Positions 23,591 to 36,585 are shown, counted from the stretch's first letter. The stretch: 64,000 nucleotides of DNA from Alphaproteobacteria bacterium (GCA_038131935.1 JAYPQH010000030.1:64001-128000); one strand, 5' to 3'. The notes: generated by a model from the sequence alone, not told the origin. Numbers and translations are program-made.

Positions 23591-25227
23591 ATGCTTGAGC
23601 AAGTTACTGTGGCGCAGAAACAACTCGGCTACTTGGTATTGGCCCGAAAATATCGGCCTCAAAAATTTTCTGATTTGGTGGGGCAAGAAGCCCTTGTGCG
23701 TACCCTGCAGCACGCCTTTTCAAGCGGGAGAATTGCCCATGCATTCATGCTCACAGGTATCAGGGGGTAGGCAAAACCACCACCGCACGCATCATTGCGA
23801 AAGGACTGAATTGCGCATCGACCTCAGAGCCAACGATGGAGCCATGTGGCCAGTGCGGTCCATGCCTTGGAATTGCTCAAGGCCGGCATGTTGATGTTTT
23901 GGAAATGGATGCCGCATCACGAACGGGCATAGATGATATCCGTGAAATTCTTGATTCTGTTGCGTATAAACCTGTGGAAGCTCGCTACAAATTATACATC
24001 ATTGATGAGGTGCATATGCTGTCCAAAGCGGCGTTTAATGGGCTGCTGAAGACATTGGAAGAACCCCCACCTCATGTGAAGTTTCTTTTTGCAACCACGG
24101 AAATCAAAAAAGTCCCTGTTACGGTTTTGTCGCGTTGCCAGCGTTTTGATTTACGTCGCATAGAAGTCTCAGAAATCGCAAGTTACTTGGATCATGTTTG
24201 CCAAAAAGAGCAAGTTGATGCTGAGCCCCATGCGTTGAAGCGCCTCGCGCGGGCGTCAGAGGGGTCTATGCGAGATGCCCTGTCTATGTTGGATCAAGCT
24301 ATTGCCCATGATGGCGGTCAAAAGCTGACAGCTTCCGTCGTTGAGGCGATGCTCGGTTTGATGGATGAGGGGCGAAAGGTCGATCTTTTAGAGGATCTTC
24401 TATCTGGACGTATCGCGGAGGCTCTGCATCTGCATGATGAGTTGTTTCGTTCAGGTGCGGATCCTGTTTCCACCATCGCAGATTTGGCTGGTTTGGTGCA
24501 TGAGCTGACGCGTTTGAAAATTGATCAAGAATTTCCCATGGAGGAAAAATTTCCATCAGACATCGCAAAGAAGTTGTTGGATATTGCAGCAGCTATGGAT
24601 ATTGGCGTCTTGGTACGCCTATTTGACATGCTGGAAAAAGCATTCCAGCACATCCAATTATCGGAACAAAAGAAAGCAGCTCTTGATATGGCGCTGATCC
24701 GTATTGCCTACACTTCCGTTCAGCCAACCCCTGGCGACGTGGTGCGGATGATACAGGAAAACAAATCACAGGCCATTGATGCACAGCCAAAGACGAAACC
24801 GGAACCTCAAAACGAAACAGTATCAACCCAAAGTTTGCCGAATTTTGAGGCTATAATGGCTGCCCTAGATGACCAAAGAGAAGTCACACTTTCGCGTGAG
24901 GTCATGCGTTATCTCCGCATTGAACAATGCCGTGACGGTTATCTTGAGATGGGTTTGGCGGATGGTGCTCCCAAAGATATAGCCAACAGGTTAAAGCAGT
25001 TCTTGCATCGATATACAGGATCAAATTGGGTTGTTTCCGTTGTGCAATCGATCAAGCCAACAGAACAAGAACGACAAGAACATTTGAAAGAACAGTTGCG
25101 TCAACGGGTGGTGGAATCACCATTTGCGCGGATGCTCAGAGAACATTTCCCAGGCGCCCAATTGACAGACGTTAAAGAAATTCAACAGACACAAACCCCT
25201 CAAACCAGGAGAGCAGCCGATGTTTAA
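23591..25227 (+). CDS. dnaX: DNA polymerase III subunit gamma/tau; frameshift in the G-run at 23763-23767
   Basis: YLVLARKYRPQKF from ATG 23591; the P-loop G.RGVGKT is restored by adding one G; IIDEVHML, SRCQRF. Confidence 0.93.
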
Positions 25228-25552
25228 AGGTCTAGGCAATATGGCCGGCATGATGAAACAAATGCAAGAAATGCAGTCTAAAATGGCGGAGGTGCAAGAC
25301 CGTTTGGACGACATAGAAGTCATTGGAAGTGCCGCAGCAGGTTTGGTGCAAATCACAGCAACAGCCAAAGGAGAAGTAAAGCAATGTCGTATTGACCCCT
25401 CACTGTTGGCAGATGGGGATATATCTATCATCGAAGATTTGGTTGTTGCTGCGGTGAATGACGTTCGAGAAAAAGCTGCGTCCAAAACCCAAGAGGAAAT
25501 GGCAGAATTAACCAAAGGCTTGCCATTACCTCCTGGCTTTAACCTCGGATGA
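25220..25552 (+). CDS. ybaB: YbaB/EbfC nucleoid-associated protein
   Basis: MMKQ.QEMQ.KM, EDLVVAA.ND, GLPLPPG; between dnaX and recR. Confidence 0.93.
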   Translation: MFKGLGNMAGMMKQMQEMQSKMAEVQDRLDDIEVIGSAAAGLVQITATAKGEVKQCRIDPSLLADGDISIIEDLVVAAVNDVREKAASKTQEEMAELTKGLPLPPGFNLG

Positions 25553-25574
25553 AGTTAGCCATAGGTCAAAGATC

Positions 25575-26180
25575 ATGAATGACACGTTTCAGGTGGCTTC
25601 AGAGCTAGAGCGGCTGATCAAATTGCTGGCAAAACTACCTGGTTTAGGACCACGATCTTCCCGGCGCATGGCCCTTCAAATGTTAACCCAACGTGAGCTG
25701 CTGCTAGAGCCTATCAGAGAAGCATTGGCTGCAGTGGCAGATCAGGTGGGTGAGTGTCAGCATTGTGGCAATCTTGACACGCGACAACCATGTACCATTT
25801 GCGCCAATCCACGTCGCAATTCAAAAGAGTTATGTCTTGTGGAAGCCGTTGGCGATTTGTGGGCTATGGAGCGCAGTGGTGCGTTTCAGGGGCGCTATCT
25901 GGTATTAGGTGGCTTGATGTCTGCTTTGGAGGGTGTTGGCCCTGAACAGTTGCGCTTGCACCGGTTGGAAAATGCAATTGGTGAAGGTGCACAGGAAATC
26001 ATCATGGCATTACCTGCGACGATGGAAGGGCAGGCCACGGCTCATTATATTGCTGAGATGGTGCGACCACATCAAGTCCATATCAGCAGTTTGGCAAGGG
26101 GGATTCCATTGGGTGGTGAGTTGGACTATCTCGATGATGGAACGTTAAAATTGGCTTTTGGTACGCGACAACGGATATAA
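25575..26180 (+). CDS. recR: Recombination mediator RecR
   Basis: LPGLGPRS, C4 zinc finger, GIPLGGELDYLD. Confidence 0.95.
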   Translation: MNDTFQVASELERLIKLLAKLPGLGPRSSRRMALQMLTQRELLLEPIREALAAVADQVGECQHCGNLDTRQPCTICANPRRNSKELCLVEAVGDLWAMERSGAFQGRYLVLGGLMSALEGVGPEQLRLHRLENAIGEGAQEIIMALPATMEGQATAHYIAEMVRPHQVHISSLARGIPLGGELDYLDDGTLKLAFGTRQRI

Positions 26181-26216
26181 AGGCGCGTGAGAAGCCTGAA
26201 TTGTTAAAAGGAATTT

Positions 26217-26738
26217 GTGATGGCTATCCTTGAGATATTAACCGCACCTGATCCACGGCTTGAAGAAGTTTGCAAACCGGTCGAGGCTGTTGATGCATCT
26301 ATACGTCAACTGATGGATGATATGTTGGAGACCATGTATGACGCGCCAGGAATTGGCTTGGCAGCTATCCAGGTGGGTGTGCATAAGCGGGTGATTGTTG
26401 TGGATGTGGCAAAAGATGGTGAGGAACCTAACCCTATTCGCATGGCCAACCCGGAAATCATAGACGAAGATGAAGAGCTCTCCGTTTATCAAGAAGGTTG
26501 TTTGTCTGTGCCGGACATCTTTGAAGATGTCACCAGACCCAAGCGTTGCGTTGTGCGTTACCTAGATGAGCACAATCAGCCCAATGAATTGGCCATGGAC
26601 GGCTTGCTTGCAACCTGCGTGCAGCATGAAATTGATCATTTGAATGGTATCTTGTTTATCGATCATCTCTCACGTTTAAAAAAGACGATGGCGATAAAAA
26701 AACTTGTAAAACGGCGCAAGCTGAAGGCAGCATCATAA
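26217..26738 (+). CDS. def: Peptide deformylase
   Basis: GIGLAA.Q, EGCLS, QHEIDHL. Confidence 0.96.
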   Translation: MMAILEILTAPDPRLEEVCKPVEAVDASIRQLMDDMLETMYDAPGIGLAAIQVGVHKRVIVVDVAKDGEEPNPIRMANPEIIDEDEELSVYQEGCLSVPDIFEDVTRPKRCVVRYLDEHNQPNELAMDGLLATCVQHEIDHLNGILFIDHLSRLKKTMAIKKLVKRRKLKAAS

Positions 26739-26742
26739 ATCC

Positions 26743-27675
26743 ATGGCGCGTATATTTTTTATGGGCACCCCAGAATTTGCCCAGCATAGTTTGGAAGCAC
26801 TTGTTGCATCCCCACATGAAGTGGTGGCGGTGGCAAGCCAACCCCCACGGCGTTCTGGTCGAGGCATGAAGGAACGTTTAAGCCCCGTTCATGAATATGC
26901 ATGCCAACATGATATTCCCGTGATAACACCCCTTAGGCTGCGTGATCCTGTTGTGCAGCAGGAAATGGCATCATTTGATGCAGATTTGGCCATTGTCGCT
27001 GCATATGGATTGCTTTTGCCTAGCGCTGTGTTGGGTATGTTCCCATTGGGATGTATGAATTTGCATGCGTCTTTATTGCCTCGTTGGCGTGGTGCTGCCC
27101 CCATTCAGAGGGCGATCATGGCAGGTGATGATGAGACCGGGATTTGCTTTATGCGCATGACAGAAGGCCTTGATGAAGGTCCTGTCCATGACCGCGTACA
27201 TTGCACCATCCATGAAAACGATACCTTCATGGATGTACATGATCGATTGACACAATTGGCATCAGTCCATGTGGTTTCATGGGTCGATGACTTGGTTGCA
27301 GGTGTATCTCAGCCTGTTGAGCAAACACATGAAAAGGCTGTTTATGCATCCAAAATCACCAAGGCAGAGGCGGAATTATCCTTTGCTCAATCAAGCCAAA
27401 TTATTGCCCGCAAGATAAATGCTTTGTCACCCTTTCCTGGTGCTTTTGTTATGCTGGATGGTCAAAGAATTAAATTTCTCCGTGCCCAAGCATGTGATCA
27501 AGATATCCAAAAGCCTCAGGGATCTATTCTAGACGTCAATGATCAAGGCGTTGATATAGCATGCGCACAAGGCGTTGTCCGCATAACAAGACTGCAACGT
27601 GCCGGCAAAGGCCCCCAGGATGTGGCTGAATTTTTGCGCGGCTTTTCTTTTCCCCAAGATGGAATTTTAGGCTGA
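26743..27675 (+). CDS. fmt: Methionyl-tRNA formyltransferase
   Basis: FMGTPEFA, NLHASLLPRWRGAAPI. Confidence 0.96.
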   Translation: MARIFFMGTPEFAQHSLEALVASPHEVVAVASQPPRRSGRGMKERLSPVHEYACQHDIPVITPLRLRDPVVQQEMASFDADLAIVAAYGLLLPSAVLGMFPLGCMNLHASLLPRWRGAAPIQRAIMAGDDETGICFMRMTEGLDEGPVHDRVHCTIHENDTFMDVHDRLTQLASVHVVSWVDDLVAGVSQPVEQTHEKAVYASKITKAEAELSFAQSSQIIARKINALSPFPGAFVMLDGQRIKFLRAQACDQDIQKPQGSILDVNDQGVDIACAQGVVRITRLQRAGKGPQDVAEFLRGFSFPQDGILG

Positions 27676-28457
27676 TGCCACGTTACTTCTTGTTGATTGA
27701 GTATCATGGTGGTGCATTTTCTGGGTGGCAGCGTCAGCATGATCAGCCATCAGTGCAAGCGGTTATTGAAGATGCCTGTGCGCAATTGGGAGAACGTGAT
27801 GTTTTGGTCTATGGCGCAGGGCGCACAGATGCGGGTGTTCATGCCCGTGGAATGGTGGCGCATGTGGATATGCAACGTGAATGGCCCGAGCGTAAGCTGC
27901 CGCTGGCGCTGAATGCGCATATTGCAAGATCTGATGTGGCTATTTTGAAAACGTTCAGGGTAGGAGACGATCATCATGCAAGGTTTGATGCCGTGGCAAG
28001 AACCTATGAGTTTCGGTTTCTTGATCATGCTGTCCGTTCACCTTTGCGCCATGGTCAAGTTTGGTACCGGAACAAAATATTGCAAGCTGATGTGATGCAT
28101 CATGCGGCCCAATGTTTGATCGGTCGACATGATTTGACAACATTTCGTTCGACGCAGTGTCAGGCAAAGTCACCGATTAGGACCATTACAAAAGTGGATA
28201 TTACACGCCAGGCCGATGAAGTTTTGATGACTGTGACGGCACCATCTTTTTTACATAATCAAATACGCTCCCTAGCCGGAAGTTTAGATTTGGTGGGTCA
28301 AGGGAAATGGTCAGCTGAGAATTTTGCTGATGCATTGAAGGCTTGTGATCGTTCAGCCTGTGGGCCCGTGGCTCCAGCTGAAGGTCTTTGTCTCACGGAG
28401 ATACAATATGCCGCAGACATTCAACGTATAATAGATCAAGAGTCCAGCGTAATTTAG
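27675..28457 (+). CDS. truA: tRNA pseudouridine(38-40) synthase
   Basis: GWQRQ, AGRTDAGVHA, FLHNQIR. Confidence 0.95.
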   Translation: MPRYFLLIEYHGGAFSGWQRQHDQPSVQAVIEDACAQLGERDVLVYGAGRTDAGVHARGMVAHVDMQREWPERKLPLALNAHIARSDVAILKTFRVGDDHHARFDAVARTYEFRFLDHAVRSPLRHGQVWYRNKILQADVMHHAAQCLIGRHDLTTFRSTQCQAKSPIRTITKVDITRQADEVLMTVTAPSFLHNQIRSLAGSLDLVGQGKWSAENFADALKACDRSACGPVAPAEGLCLTEIQYAADIQRIIDQESSVI

Positions 28458-28561
28458 GTAACTTGGTCAAAAAAACATTTTGGTTTGGGGCTGTTTTGTT
28501 TGATCAAATGCCATAGTTCTGGTGAAATACAGACTTGAGTAGAGTCTTGAAAGGACGAAAC

Positions 28562-29847
28562 ATGAGGTTTGCTCTTCTGACAGGTGCCGTGGTTGGGGCT
28601 ATGATTGGCCTTGCGATAGAGGTTGTCGATTCGTCTCGACCTCGCGTCGAGGCTGCCGATGTTGAGACATATAAGCAGTTGAATTTGTTTGGGGAGATAT
28701 TTGATCGCGTCAAAGAAAATTACGTCTCTGAAACATCAGACAAAGAGCTGATCAACGCGGCTATCAATGGAATGCTTTCCAAGTTAGACCCACACTCAGC
28801 CTTTCTTGATGCCGAAAGTTTTAAAGCCATGCGTATCCAAACCAAGGGAGAGTTTGGAGGGTTGGGCATTGAAGTCGGAATGGAGAATGGTTTGGTAAAA
28901 GTCATTTCACCTATCGATGATACACCGCTGCGCGTGCAGGTATGAAGTCTGGTGATCTTATTGTAAAATTAGATGATGCAGAGGTGATGGGGCTTACGTT
29001 ACGTGAAGCCGTCGATTTGATGCGTGGTGAAGTGGGCAGGTCCATTCGCTTGTCGGTCAAACGTCCTGGTGTCGAGGATCTGTTGGAGATTACCATTGTA
29101 CGCGATGTGATACGTCTTAGACCCGTACGCCACCGGGTTGAAGATGATATTGGGTATGTCAGGGTCGTGACCTTTAACGAACATACGACCGAAGAGTTAG
29201 AAAAAGCGACGGCAGATTTGATTGAAAAGATAGGTTTATCAAACCTGAAGGGCTTTGTGTTGGATTTGCGTAACAATCCTGGAGGGTTGCTCAACCAAGC
29301 GGTGCAAGTAAGTGACGCTTTCCTAGAGCGTGGAGATATTGTTTCGACCCGCGGAAGAGAGAAGGATTCAGAAGTCCGCTACGCGGCCCGTCGCGGAGAT
29401 ATTTCTCAAGGAAAGCCCCTTGTGGTGTTGGTCAATGGCGGAAGTGCATCTGCTTCAGAAATCGTCGCGGGTGCGCTTCAGGATCATGGACGGGCGCTGA
29501 TTTTGGGGACAAAAACATTTGGGAAAGGCTCTGTGCAAACCATCATTCCGGTGGGGCCTCAAGGTGCGCTAAAGCTCACAACAGGGTTGTATTACACCCC
29601 ATCTGGTCGTTCCATCCAGGCCGCTGGTATCATTCCTGATCTTGAGATTGAACAAGGACGCTTGGAAACCAATGATAATGGGCAAAAACCGCGCAAAGAA
29701 GCAGATTTGCGTGGACGTTTGGACAACCCTGATGGTGACGCAGGCCAACCAGTTCAACCGAAAGATGATCAAGTGCTGGAAGAAAAAAGTGATTACCAGT
29801 TAACTTATGCGTTGAACCTGTTGCGTGGTTTGTCCAAGCTTAAATGA
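28562..29847 (+). CDS. ctpA: S41 carboxyl-terminal protease; frameshift at ~28925
   Basis: LDPHS, GEFGGLGIEV, DLRNNPGG, SASASEI, TFGKGSVQ; adding one C gives DDTPAARAG. Confidence 0.9.
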
Positions 29848-29849
29848 AG

Positions 29850-30452
29850 CTAGGACGCAGGTGGGGGGCCAGGAGGTTGAGGCAAATCTCCTAATCCTCC
29901 ACTGAGAACGATGGCAACATACGTGCTGAGCATATCAATGGCGACGATGGCCGTTGCACTCCATCCCCCAATACTCAGAAGTGATTTTGCAATTCGCCAG
30001 CGATAGATCATCAAATAAACACCCACAACCATAAGAATAATTTGGGCCCCGATCGCTCCGGTCGCACTACTTGCGAGCAAAAAAATAGGAAGAATGCTGA
30101 TAGCTTCAATAACAACATTTGACCAATTCCAACCCACAAGAAAGCTAAGGACGTGATTTTTACGATCAATCAATACCGCTAAAGGGATCATAATGATGGG
30201 AAAAGTGACCCAACGAAGAATGTAATACCATATGTCAAACTTCATGAGGTTGGCGTTGGAACCATCAGGCGTGGTAAATTCAAGGGTAGAAAGCATAAGG
30301 TGAAGGGGAAGAACAATAAGCGGGGCCAAAAAAGAGACAGCGACCCCATGAAGGCTTAAGTCAAAAGCGTCTTTTGCATTCGGTTTGTTTGCCAAAAAAC
30401 CAATGGCTCCGCGCAAACCTGCTTGTATAGATGCCCCTATTGCTTGCATCAC
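29850..30452 (-). CDS. Hypothetical integral membrane protein downstream of dapE
   Basis: 200 aa with about 5 TM segments; 4-bp overlap with the dapE stop. Confidence 0.75.
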   Translation of the reverse strand: MMQAIGASIQAGLRGAIGFLANKPNAKDAFDLSLHGVAVSFLAPLIVLPLHLMLSTLEFTTPDGSNANLMKFDIWYYILRWVTFPIIMIPLAVLIDRKNHVLSFLVGWNWSNVVIEAISILPIFLLASSATGAIGAQIILMVVGVYLMIYRWRIAKSLLSIGGWSATAIVAIDMLSTYVAIVLSGGLGDLPQPPGPPPAS

Positions 30453-31615
30453 AGACCATAAAAACGCTGTAAAAATTTCAGGTAGACTTGGTGTAGCGTT
30501 TCCAAGTCAGCCATCATTACCCGTTCATCAATTTGGTGCATGGTCGCGCCAATAACACCATATTCCATGACCGGACAAATCTCTTTGATGAAGCGACCAT
30601 CTGAGGTGCCTCCAGTTGTTGAGAGCTCGGGACGACGTCCTGTTACGGCTTCAATAACGTCTTGGAGGCTGTGGGCATGGGTTGTGTCATCCATGACGAA
30701 ACTTGTTCCCGAGCAGCTCCATTCAAATGTAACCTGATCTGAGCAACCTGATTGATGAATGAGGTCACGGATATGGGCTTCCAAGGCCCATTCATCATGC
30801 GCATCGTTAAACCGAATATTAAACCTTGCACTTGCTTGGGCTGGGATAATGTTGGTGACGGCATTGCCGACATCTATGCTTGTGATTTCCAAATTGCTGG
30901 GTTGGAAATGTTCTGTTCCATCGTCCAAATGCCAATTTTTGAGTTTGTGCAGAATGTCGAGTAGTTTGGGAACGGGATTGTCGGCGCGATGAGGGTAGGC
31001 GACATGCCCTTGGGTTCCTTCAACATGAATAACACCATTAAACGAGCCGCGTCTGCCTACTTTGATCATATCGCCCATATGTGATGGGTTGGTAGGCTCT
31101 CCAATCAGGCATAAGTCAGGTATCATGTTATGTTCACGTAACCATTCTACCTGCCGGCGGGTTCCATTGATCGCTGCACCTTCTTCATCTCCGGTGATGA
31201 TGAGAGACATCTGAACATCTGGATACTGGGTAACAAAGCGCTCGGCAGCAACCACAAATGCCGCAATTGCCCCCTTCATATCTGAGACCCCACGACCGAC
31301 AATCATGCCGTCATCAATATGCATTTGGAATGGATCTGATCGCCACTCATCAAGGGGGCCTGGAGGAACCACATCCGTATGACCAGCAAAAGCCAGATGC
31401 GGTCCTTGCTCACCCCGATGTGCAATCAAATTCATGACCCGCTCTTCTCCCTCGCCAAATGGTAGAAGATGCGTTTGAAACCCACTCTGTTCCAGCCTGT
31501 TGGCCAAAAATGCCAACAGTCCCTCATCTTTTGGGGCCACTGATGGATAGCTAACCAATTCTGCTGTGAGGGCTATCACGGGAGAGAGATGTTGGTCCGT
31601 CATTTGTTTACTCAA
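30449..31615 (-). CDS. dapE: Succinyl-diaminopimelate desuccinylase
   Basis: [27 protein letters not shown]. Confidence 0.95.
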   Translation of the reverse strand: MSKQMTDQHLSPVIALTAELVSYPSVAPKDEGLLAFLANRLEQSGFQTHLLPFGEGEERVMNLIAHRGEQGPHLAFAGHTDVVPPGPLDEWRSDPFQMHIDDGMIVGRGVSDMKGAIAAFVVAAERFVTQYPDVQMSLIITGDEEGAAINGTRRQVEWLREHNMIPDLCLIGEPTNPSHMGDMIKVGRRGSFNGVIHVEGTQGHVAYPHRADNPVPKLLDILHKLKNWHLDDGTEHFQPSNLEITSIDVGNAVTNIIPAQASARFNIRFNDAHDEWALEAHIRDLIHQSGCSDQVTFEWSCSGTSFVMDDTTHAHSLQDVIEAVTGRRPELSTTGGTSDGRFIKEICPVMEYGVIGATMHQIDERVMMADLETLHQVYLKFLQRFYGL

Positions 31616-32442
31616 TCCCTCAACAGCTCATTAATACCTGTTTTGGAACGTGTCTGTGCGTCCACTGTTTTGACAATGACGGCGCAGTAGAGTGATGGAC
31701 CTCCACGTGGGTCAGGTAGGCTACCAGGGACCACAACAGAATAGGCTGGTACCTCACCTCGATGAACTGTTCCTGAAGCACGGTCAATAATTTTTGTAGA
31801 TGCACCAAGATAAACGCCCATGGATAATACAGAGCCCTCGCGCACAATCACACCTTCGGCGACCTCTGAACGCGCGCCTACAAAGACGTTATCCTCAATG
31901 ATGACAGGGCCAGCCTGTAAGGGCTCAAGAACCCCGCCTATACCGGCACCACCTGAAATGTGACAATTCTTACCGATTTGCGCACAAGATCCCACCGTCG
32001 CCCAAGTATCAACCATGGTGCCCTCATCAACATAGGCGCCCAAATTTACAAACGATGGCATCAAGACCACGCCTGGTGCGACAAAAGCTGAATGACGAAC
32101 AATGGCCCCGGGTACAGAACGGAAGCCTGCATCTGTAAAGTTTTTGGCATCCCAATGGGAAAACTTTGATGGCACTTTATCCCACCAATTGGCATGTCCA
32201 GGGCCGCCAGAAATCACCTCCATGGGGTTGAGGCGGAATGATAACAACACAGCCATTTTCAGCCATTGATGAACAACCCACTGGCCGTCCTCATTGCGCG
32301 AGGCCACCCTGAGTTGACCATTGTCCAAATAGGTTAGGGCCTCTTTGACCGCATCACGTATTTCTCCTTTGGTGTTGGCATTGACGCTGTCGCGCTGTTC
32401 AAAGGCAGTTTCGATGATGTTCTGCAATGTTTGATGGTCCAT
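31612..32442 (-). CDS. dapD: Tetrahydrodipicolinate N-succinyltransferase
   Basis: [37 protein letters not shown]. Confidence 0.96.
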   Translation of the reverse strand: MDHQTLQNIIETAFEQRDSVNANTKGEIRDAVKEALTYLDNGQLRVASRNEDGQWVVHQWLKMAVLLSFRLNPMEVISGGPGHANWWDKVPSKFSHWDAKNFTDAGFRSVPGAIVRHSAFVAPGVVLMPSFVNLGAYVDEGTMVDTWATVGSCAQIGKNCHISGGAGIGGVLEPLQAGPVIIEDNVFVGARSEVAEGVIVREGSVLSMGVYLGASTKIIDRASGTVHRGEVPAYSVVVPGSLPDPRGGPSLYCAVIVKTVDAQTRSKTGINELLRD

Positions 32443-32486
32443 GGTCCCGCTCCGTCGATTTGTTTCATTACCTCAATATGGTATCT

Positions 32487-33188
32487 CTATGACGGGAATC
32501 CATGGCTGGACGCAATGCCTGCGTCAAGTTGTTGAGGTAAATTTTCTAAAATCCATTCCAAATGTTGGCAAAGTGTTGTGGCACATCTATCCCAAGATGG
32601 ATGCATTGTAACCGGTTCCTCACCAATATGAAATGTGCGAAACCCAAATTTTTGAGCCATGTTCAGGTTAGGTATGTTGTCTTCAAACATAGCATGCGCA
32701 TGGGGAGGATAGCCACTTTGCTGCAAAAGATAGTTAAACCCCATGCGATGCGGCTTGGGTTTGTATTGGGTATGTTCAATCCCCACGATATCGTGAAACA
32801 AAGATAGGATGTCCATTTTTTGTAAAATGGTATGGGCATGTTCTAAGGGACCATTGGTAAACACCCATTTCTGTCCTGGAAGTAAGGAAATCAGCTGTTT
32901 TGTCTGAGGGCAGGGTGTAATGGTGGAATAGTCAATATCATGCGCGTAAGCTAAAAAATGTTGTGGGGACAATCCATGGATATGATGCAACCCATGTAAC
33001 GTAGCCCCAAAATGCTGCCAGTAATGCCGGCGACGGAGGTTGGCGTCTGTCCAGGGAAGTCCTGTCATCTGCGCAATATAATTGGTCATGCGCTTGTCAA
33101 TTTGTGGGAAAATGTCGGACCTTGCATCATAGATGGTATTGTCTAGGTCGAAGACCCATACATCAATATCCCTAAGCCATGCTGCCAT
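32487..33188 (-). CDS. Pyrimidine 5'-nucleotidase (HAD family)
   Basis: WVFDLDNT, FTNG, KP, MFED; sits between argB and dapD. Confidence 0.85.
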   Translation of the reverse strand: MAAWLRDIDVWVFDLDNTIYDARSDIFPQIDKRMTNYIAQMTGLPWTDANLRRRHYWQHFGATLHGLHHIHGLSPQHFLAYAHDIDYSTITPCPQTKQLISLLPGQKWVFTNGPLEHAHTILQKMDILSLFHDIVGIEHTQYKPKPHRMGFNYLLQQSGYPPHAHAMFEDNIPNLNMAQKFGFRTFHIGEEPVTMHPSWDRCATTLCQHLEWILENLPQQLDAGIASSHGFPS

Positions 33189-34093
33189 CAGCGGTGAACC
33201 AATGTTCCAGCCCCATGTTCTGTAAACAATTCAAGCAAAACAGCATGTGGAGCTCTACCATCCATAACGACTGCAGCTTCAACACCATGATGCAACGCAT
33301 TGATACAGGTCTCCAGTTTGGGGATCATGCCACCTGTTGCGATATTGTTATCAACCAAATGTTGTGCATCGTCTTTGGACATTTTGGGAATAACATCGCC
33401 ATCTGCATTTTTAACCCCGGCAACATCAGTCAACAACAAAAGACGGGTAGCCCCAATGGCTGCGGCGACCGCTCCGGCTGCGGTATCCGCATTGATGTTG
33501 TATGTCTCACCTTGCTCTCCAAAGCCTACAGGTGCAATTACCGGGATAACATCAGAACCAAAGAAGACTTCTAGGATATCTGGTGTTACCTGAAGGGGTT
33601 CGCCGACGAAACCTAAGTCTATGAAGCGCTCAATATTGCTGTCACTTTCACGTGAGCGTCGCATGAGTTTTTTTGCTCGGATCAAAGAGCCATCTTTCCC
33701 TGAGAGGCCCACCGCTTTACCACCTGCTTTGTTGATGGCGGATACAATCATTTTGTTGATGGAGCCGGCCAAAACCATTTCAACAACTTCTACCATGGCC
33801 GCGTCCGTCACCCGCAATCCATCCACAAAGGTGGATTGAATTTTTAACCGTTCCAACATTTGGGCAATCTGTGGACCACCGCCATGCACCACCACTGGGT
33901 CAATACCCACCTGTTTCATCAAGACGATGTCACGGGCAAATTCCTCAGAACGCTCTCTATTGCCCATGGCATGTCCGCCATATTTGATGACGATACGCTT
34001 TCCTTCATAACGCTGTAGGTAAGGAAGCGCCTGAGATAGCGTGCTGGCGGTAGAAAGCCATTTTGCTGTTTTGGTGTCTGCGCTTGTTGTCAT
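33188..34093 (-). CDS. argB: Acetylglutamate kinase
   Basis: [30 protein letters not shown]. Confidence 0.96.
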   Translation of the reverse strand: MTTSADTKTAKWLSTASTLSQALPYLQRYEGKRIVIKYGGHAMGNRERSEEFARDIVLMKQVGIDPVVVHGGGPQIAQMLERLKIQSTFVDGLRVTDAAMVEVVEMVLAGSINKMIVSAINKAGGKAVGLSGKDGSLIRAKKLMRRSRESDSNIERFIDLGFVGEPLQVTPDILEVFFGSDVIPVIAPVGFGEQGETYNINADTAAGAVAAAIGATRLLLLTDVAGVKNADGDVIPKMSKDDAQHLVDNNIATGGMIPKLETCINALHHGVEAAVVMDGRAPHAVLLELFTEHGAGTLVHR

Positions 34094-34110
34094 GGCACGA
34101 TCCTCATCAT

Positions 34111-34731
34111 TTATGATTTTGCAAAGCTATAAAGGACTCCGCGAACAGCGTCCAACCCCTCACCATCTTTCGAGCTCGTGATAATGACGTCAGGATGGCA
34201 GGCAATTAAACCTTTGGTGGCTGCATGTAAATCATCTGCCGCTTTTTTGCGTTCTTTCTGGGTCAGCTTATCGGCTTTGGTTCCAATGAGTTGATAGGAT
34301 ACGGCAGCCTCATCAAGCATTTTGGTGATTTCACGGTCATTGGCTTTCATGCCATGACGCAAATCAATCAACACCAGCACCCGTCGTAATTGCTGACGGC
34401 CACGAAGATATTGGCGTAACAAACGGTTCCATGAGTCAACCAAACTTTTGGGTGCCTCAGCATAGCCATAGCCAGGCATGTCCACGACACTTAATTGTTT
34501 CTCACCTAGAATGAAGAAATTAAGTTGTTGGGTGCGTCCAGGTTGGTTTGATGTACGTGCGACCGTGCTGTCTCCTGCCAAGGCATTAATAAGGCTTGAT
34601 TTCCCAACATTAGAGCGTCCAGCAAACGCAACCTCTGGAATCATGGCCAGCGGTAATTGCTGCAAATGGGCAACGCCGCCCAAGAAGTTCCATGGACGGC
34701 GCACAAATTTTGTGGCGGGGCCTGCACTCAT
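34111..34731 (-). CDS. yihA: Ribosome biogenesis GTPase YihA/YsxC
   Basis: [24 protein letters not shown]. Confidence 0.95.
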   Translation of the reverse strand: MSAGPATKFVRRPWNFLGGVAHLQQLPLAMIPEVAFAGRSNVGKSSLINALAGDSTVARTSNQPGRTQQLNFFILGEKQLSVVDMPGYGYAEAPKSLVDSWNRLLRQYLRGRQQLRRVLVLIDLRHGMKANDREITKMLDEAAVSYQLIGTKADKLTQKERKKAADDLHAATKGLIACHPDVIITSSKDGEGLDAVRGVLYSFAKS

Positions 34732-34743
34732 AACTCAGTGCCC

Positions 34744-36436
34744 TTAGTTGCGGGTCTCCAAGATCCGTCGCGCCACCACGGTTGCTTGGATTTCAGCGGC
34801 ACCTTCAAAAATATTAAGGATGCGTGCGTCGCACAAAACCCGCGAGATTGGATATTCAAGAGCAAAGCCATTACCACCATGTATTTGTAATCCATTATCT
34901 GCACAGGCCCAAGCGACCCGAGCAGCAAGTAATTTTGCCATGCCTGCCTCAAGGTCGCAACGGCGTCCTGCATCTTTTTCCCGCGCAGAAAAATAAGTGA
35001 TTTGTCTTGCAACCATGGTTTCTACAGCCATCATTGCAATCTTTGACCAAATCCGTGGGAACGCCTGCAGTTTGCTGCCGAATTGCGTGCGCTCTTCGGC
35101 ATAGCGTAAGGAGAGATCCATGGCGCACTGCGCCACGCCTACCGCGCGTGCAGCTGTTTGAATGCGTGCGCCTTCAAATGTTGCCATGAGTTGTTTGAAG
35201 CCTTGGCCTTCTACACCGCCCAGGAGATTTTCTTCTGCCACATGAAAATTGTCGAACGACAGTTCATATTCTTTCATGCCACGATAGCCCAACACATGGA
35301 TTTCTCCACCCGTCATACCTTCAGCTGGAAAGGGGTTTGCACAATCACCGCGGGGTTTTTCTCCCATCAACATTGAAAGTCCACGGTACCCTTGTTCGTC
35401 AGGATTGGTGCGTACCAGCATCGTCATCATGTCTGTGCGTGCCGCATGGGTAATCCATGTCTTGTTGCCAAAGACTGCATAACCACCATCAACTTTTTCA
35501 GCGCGGGTTTTTAATGAGGCGAGGTCAGAACCCGTATTGGGTTCAGTAAACACAGCTGTGGGGAGGATTTCGCCTGATGCCAATTTGGGCAACCAGCGTT
35601 GTTTCTGCTCTTCTGTTCCACCACAAAGGATCAATTCACCAGCAATTTCTGTACGGGTGCCCAAAGAACCAACCCCTGATGTAGCCACGTGAAAGTTCTT
35701 CTGAAACAACACACATCGACATCTTGGACAAACCAAGACCACCATATTCTTCAGGTATCGTCAGGCCAAAAACCCCCAATTCTGATAACTCATCAATAAC
35801 TTCGATAGGGATCAGTTCATCCTTGAGGTGCCATTCATGAGCATAGGGAGCAACTTTGTCATCAACAAAACGCTGCATTTGGGTGCGGAACATTTCCATG
35901 TCCTCATCAAGCCCAGAGCAACCAAAGATTGAAGCTTGTGGGTTTTCGAGGATCAATTCGGCAATTCGTTGCCTTGTTTGTGTGCTGTTGCCCCGTTGTG
36001 CCAACAGATGGGCAGCTCCTTGTTGAAGGTCGGCAACGTCAGCCTCTGTCAACAACATATCGACTGGGCGTACGATCTCCATTTGCGACATGGGAATACC
36101 ATGGGCGATATGGTTGATGTATTCTCCAAAAGCAGCCTGGGTCAAAAGCTGTTCCAATTCGCCCAAAAGGCCGTCTTGCTGCAGGTTTCGGGCCCATCTG
36201 TCGACCTGTCTCAGCGCTTCCACATAGGTGCCCAACCAAGCAAGCCCATGTGCGGCATACTGTTCCTGGGCAAATTTCTTGCCTGAAATCTTGTCTCCAT
36301 CGGCGACAGCCTCTCTGATTACCTGTTTGGCCCGATTTAAATAGTGATCAAGCTGGATCATTGCTTGTCCAGTGGTGGTCAAAAGATCTGGTAATGTGCT
36401 GACGGAAAAATTGGTTTCAGGCTGCATTAAGGTCAT
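34744..36436 (-). CDS. mcd: Acyl-CoA dehydrogenase, probably methylsuccinyl-CoA dehydrogenase; one extra base at ~35678
   Basis: Long N-terminal extension with [10 protein letters not shown], then [19 protein letters not shown] and LPTAVFTEP; directly downstream of ccr. Confidence 0.85.
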
Positions 36437-36585
36437 AAAAACATCCTCGCATGAAGGTTTACGTCTGTTGATGGGCCGCCATGTGCATGTCCATAAGCGG
36501 CATTTTGGGTCATTTTAAAAATATCGGTTTGGCAGGCATTCCATCATTTAGGTGGAGTACCTGTCAAAGCATCTCTTACAAAATC

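Noticed and set aside
23755-23775. dnaX frameshift as programmed gamma/tau recoding
   Set aside because: It falls inside the N-terminal P-loop in a G-run. Known dnaX recoding occurs about two-thirds into the gene; a stop here would give a useless peptide.
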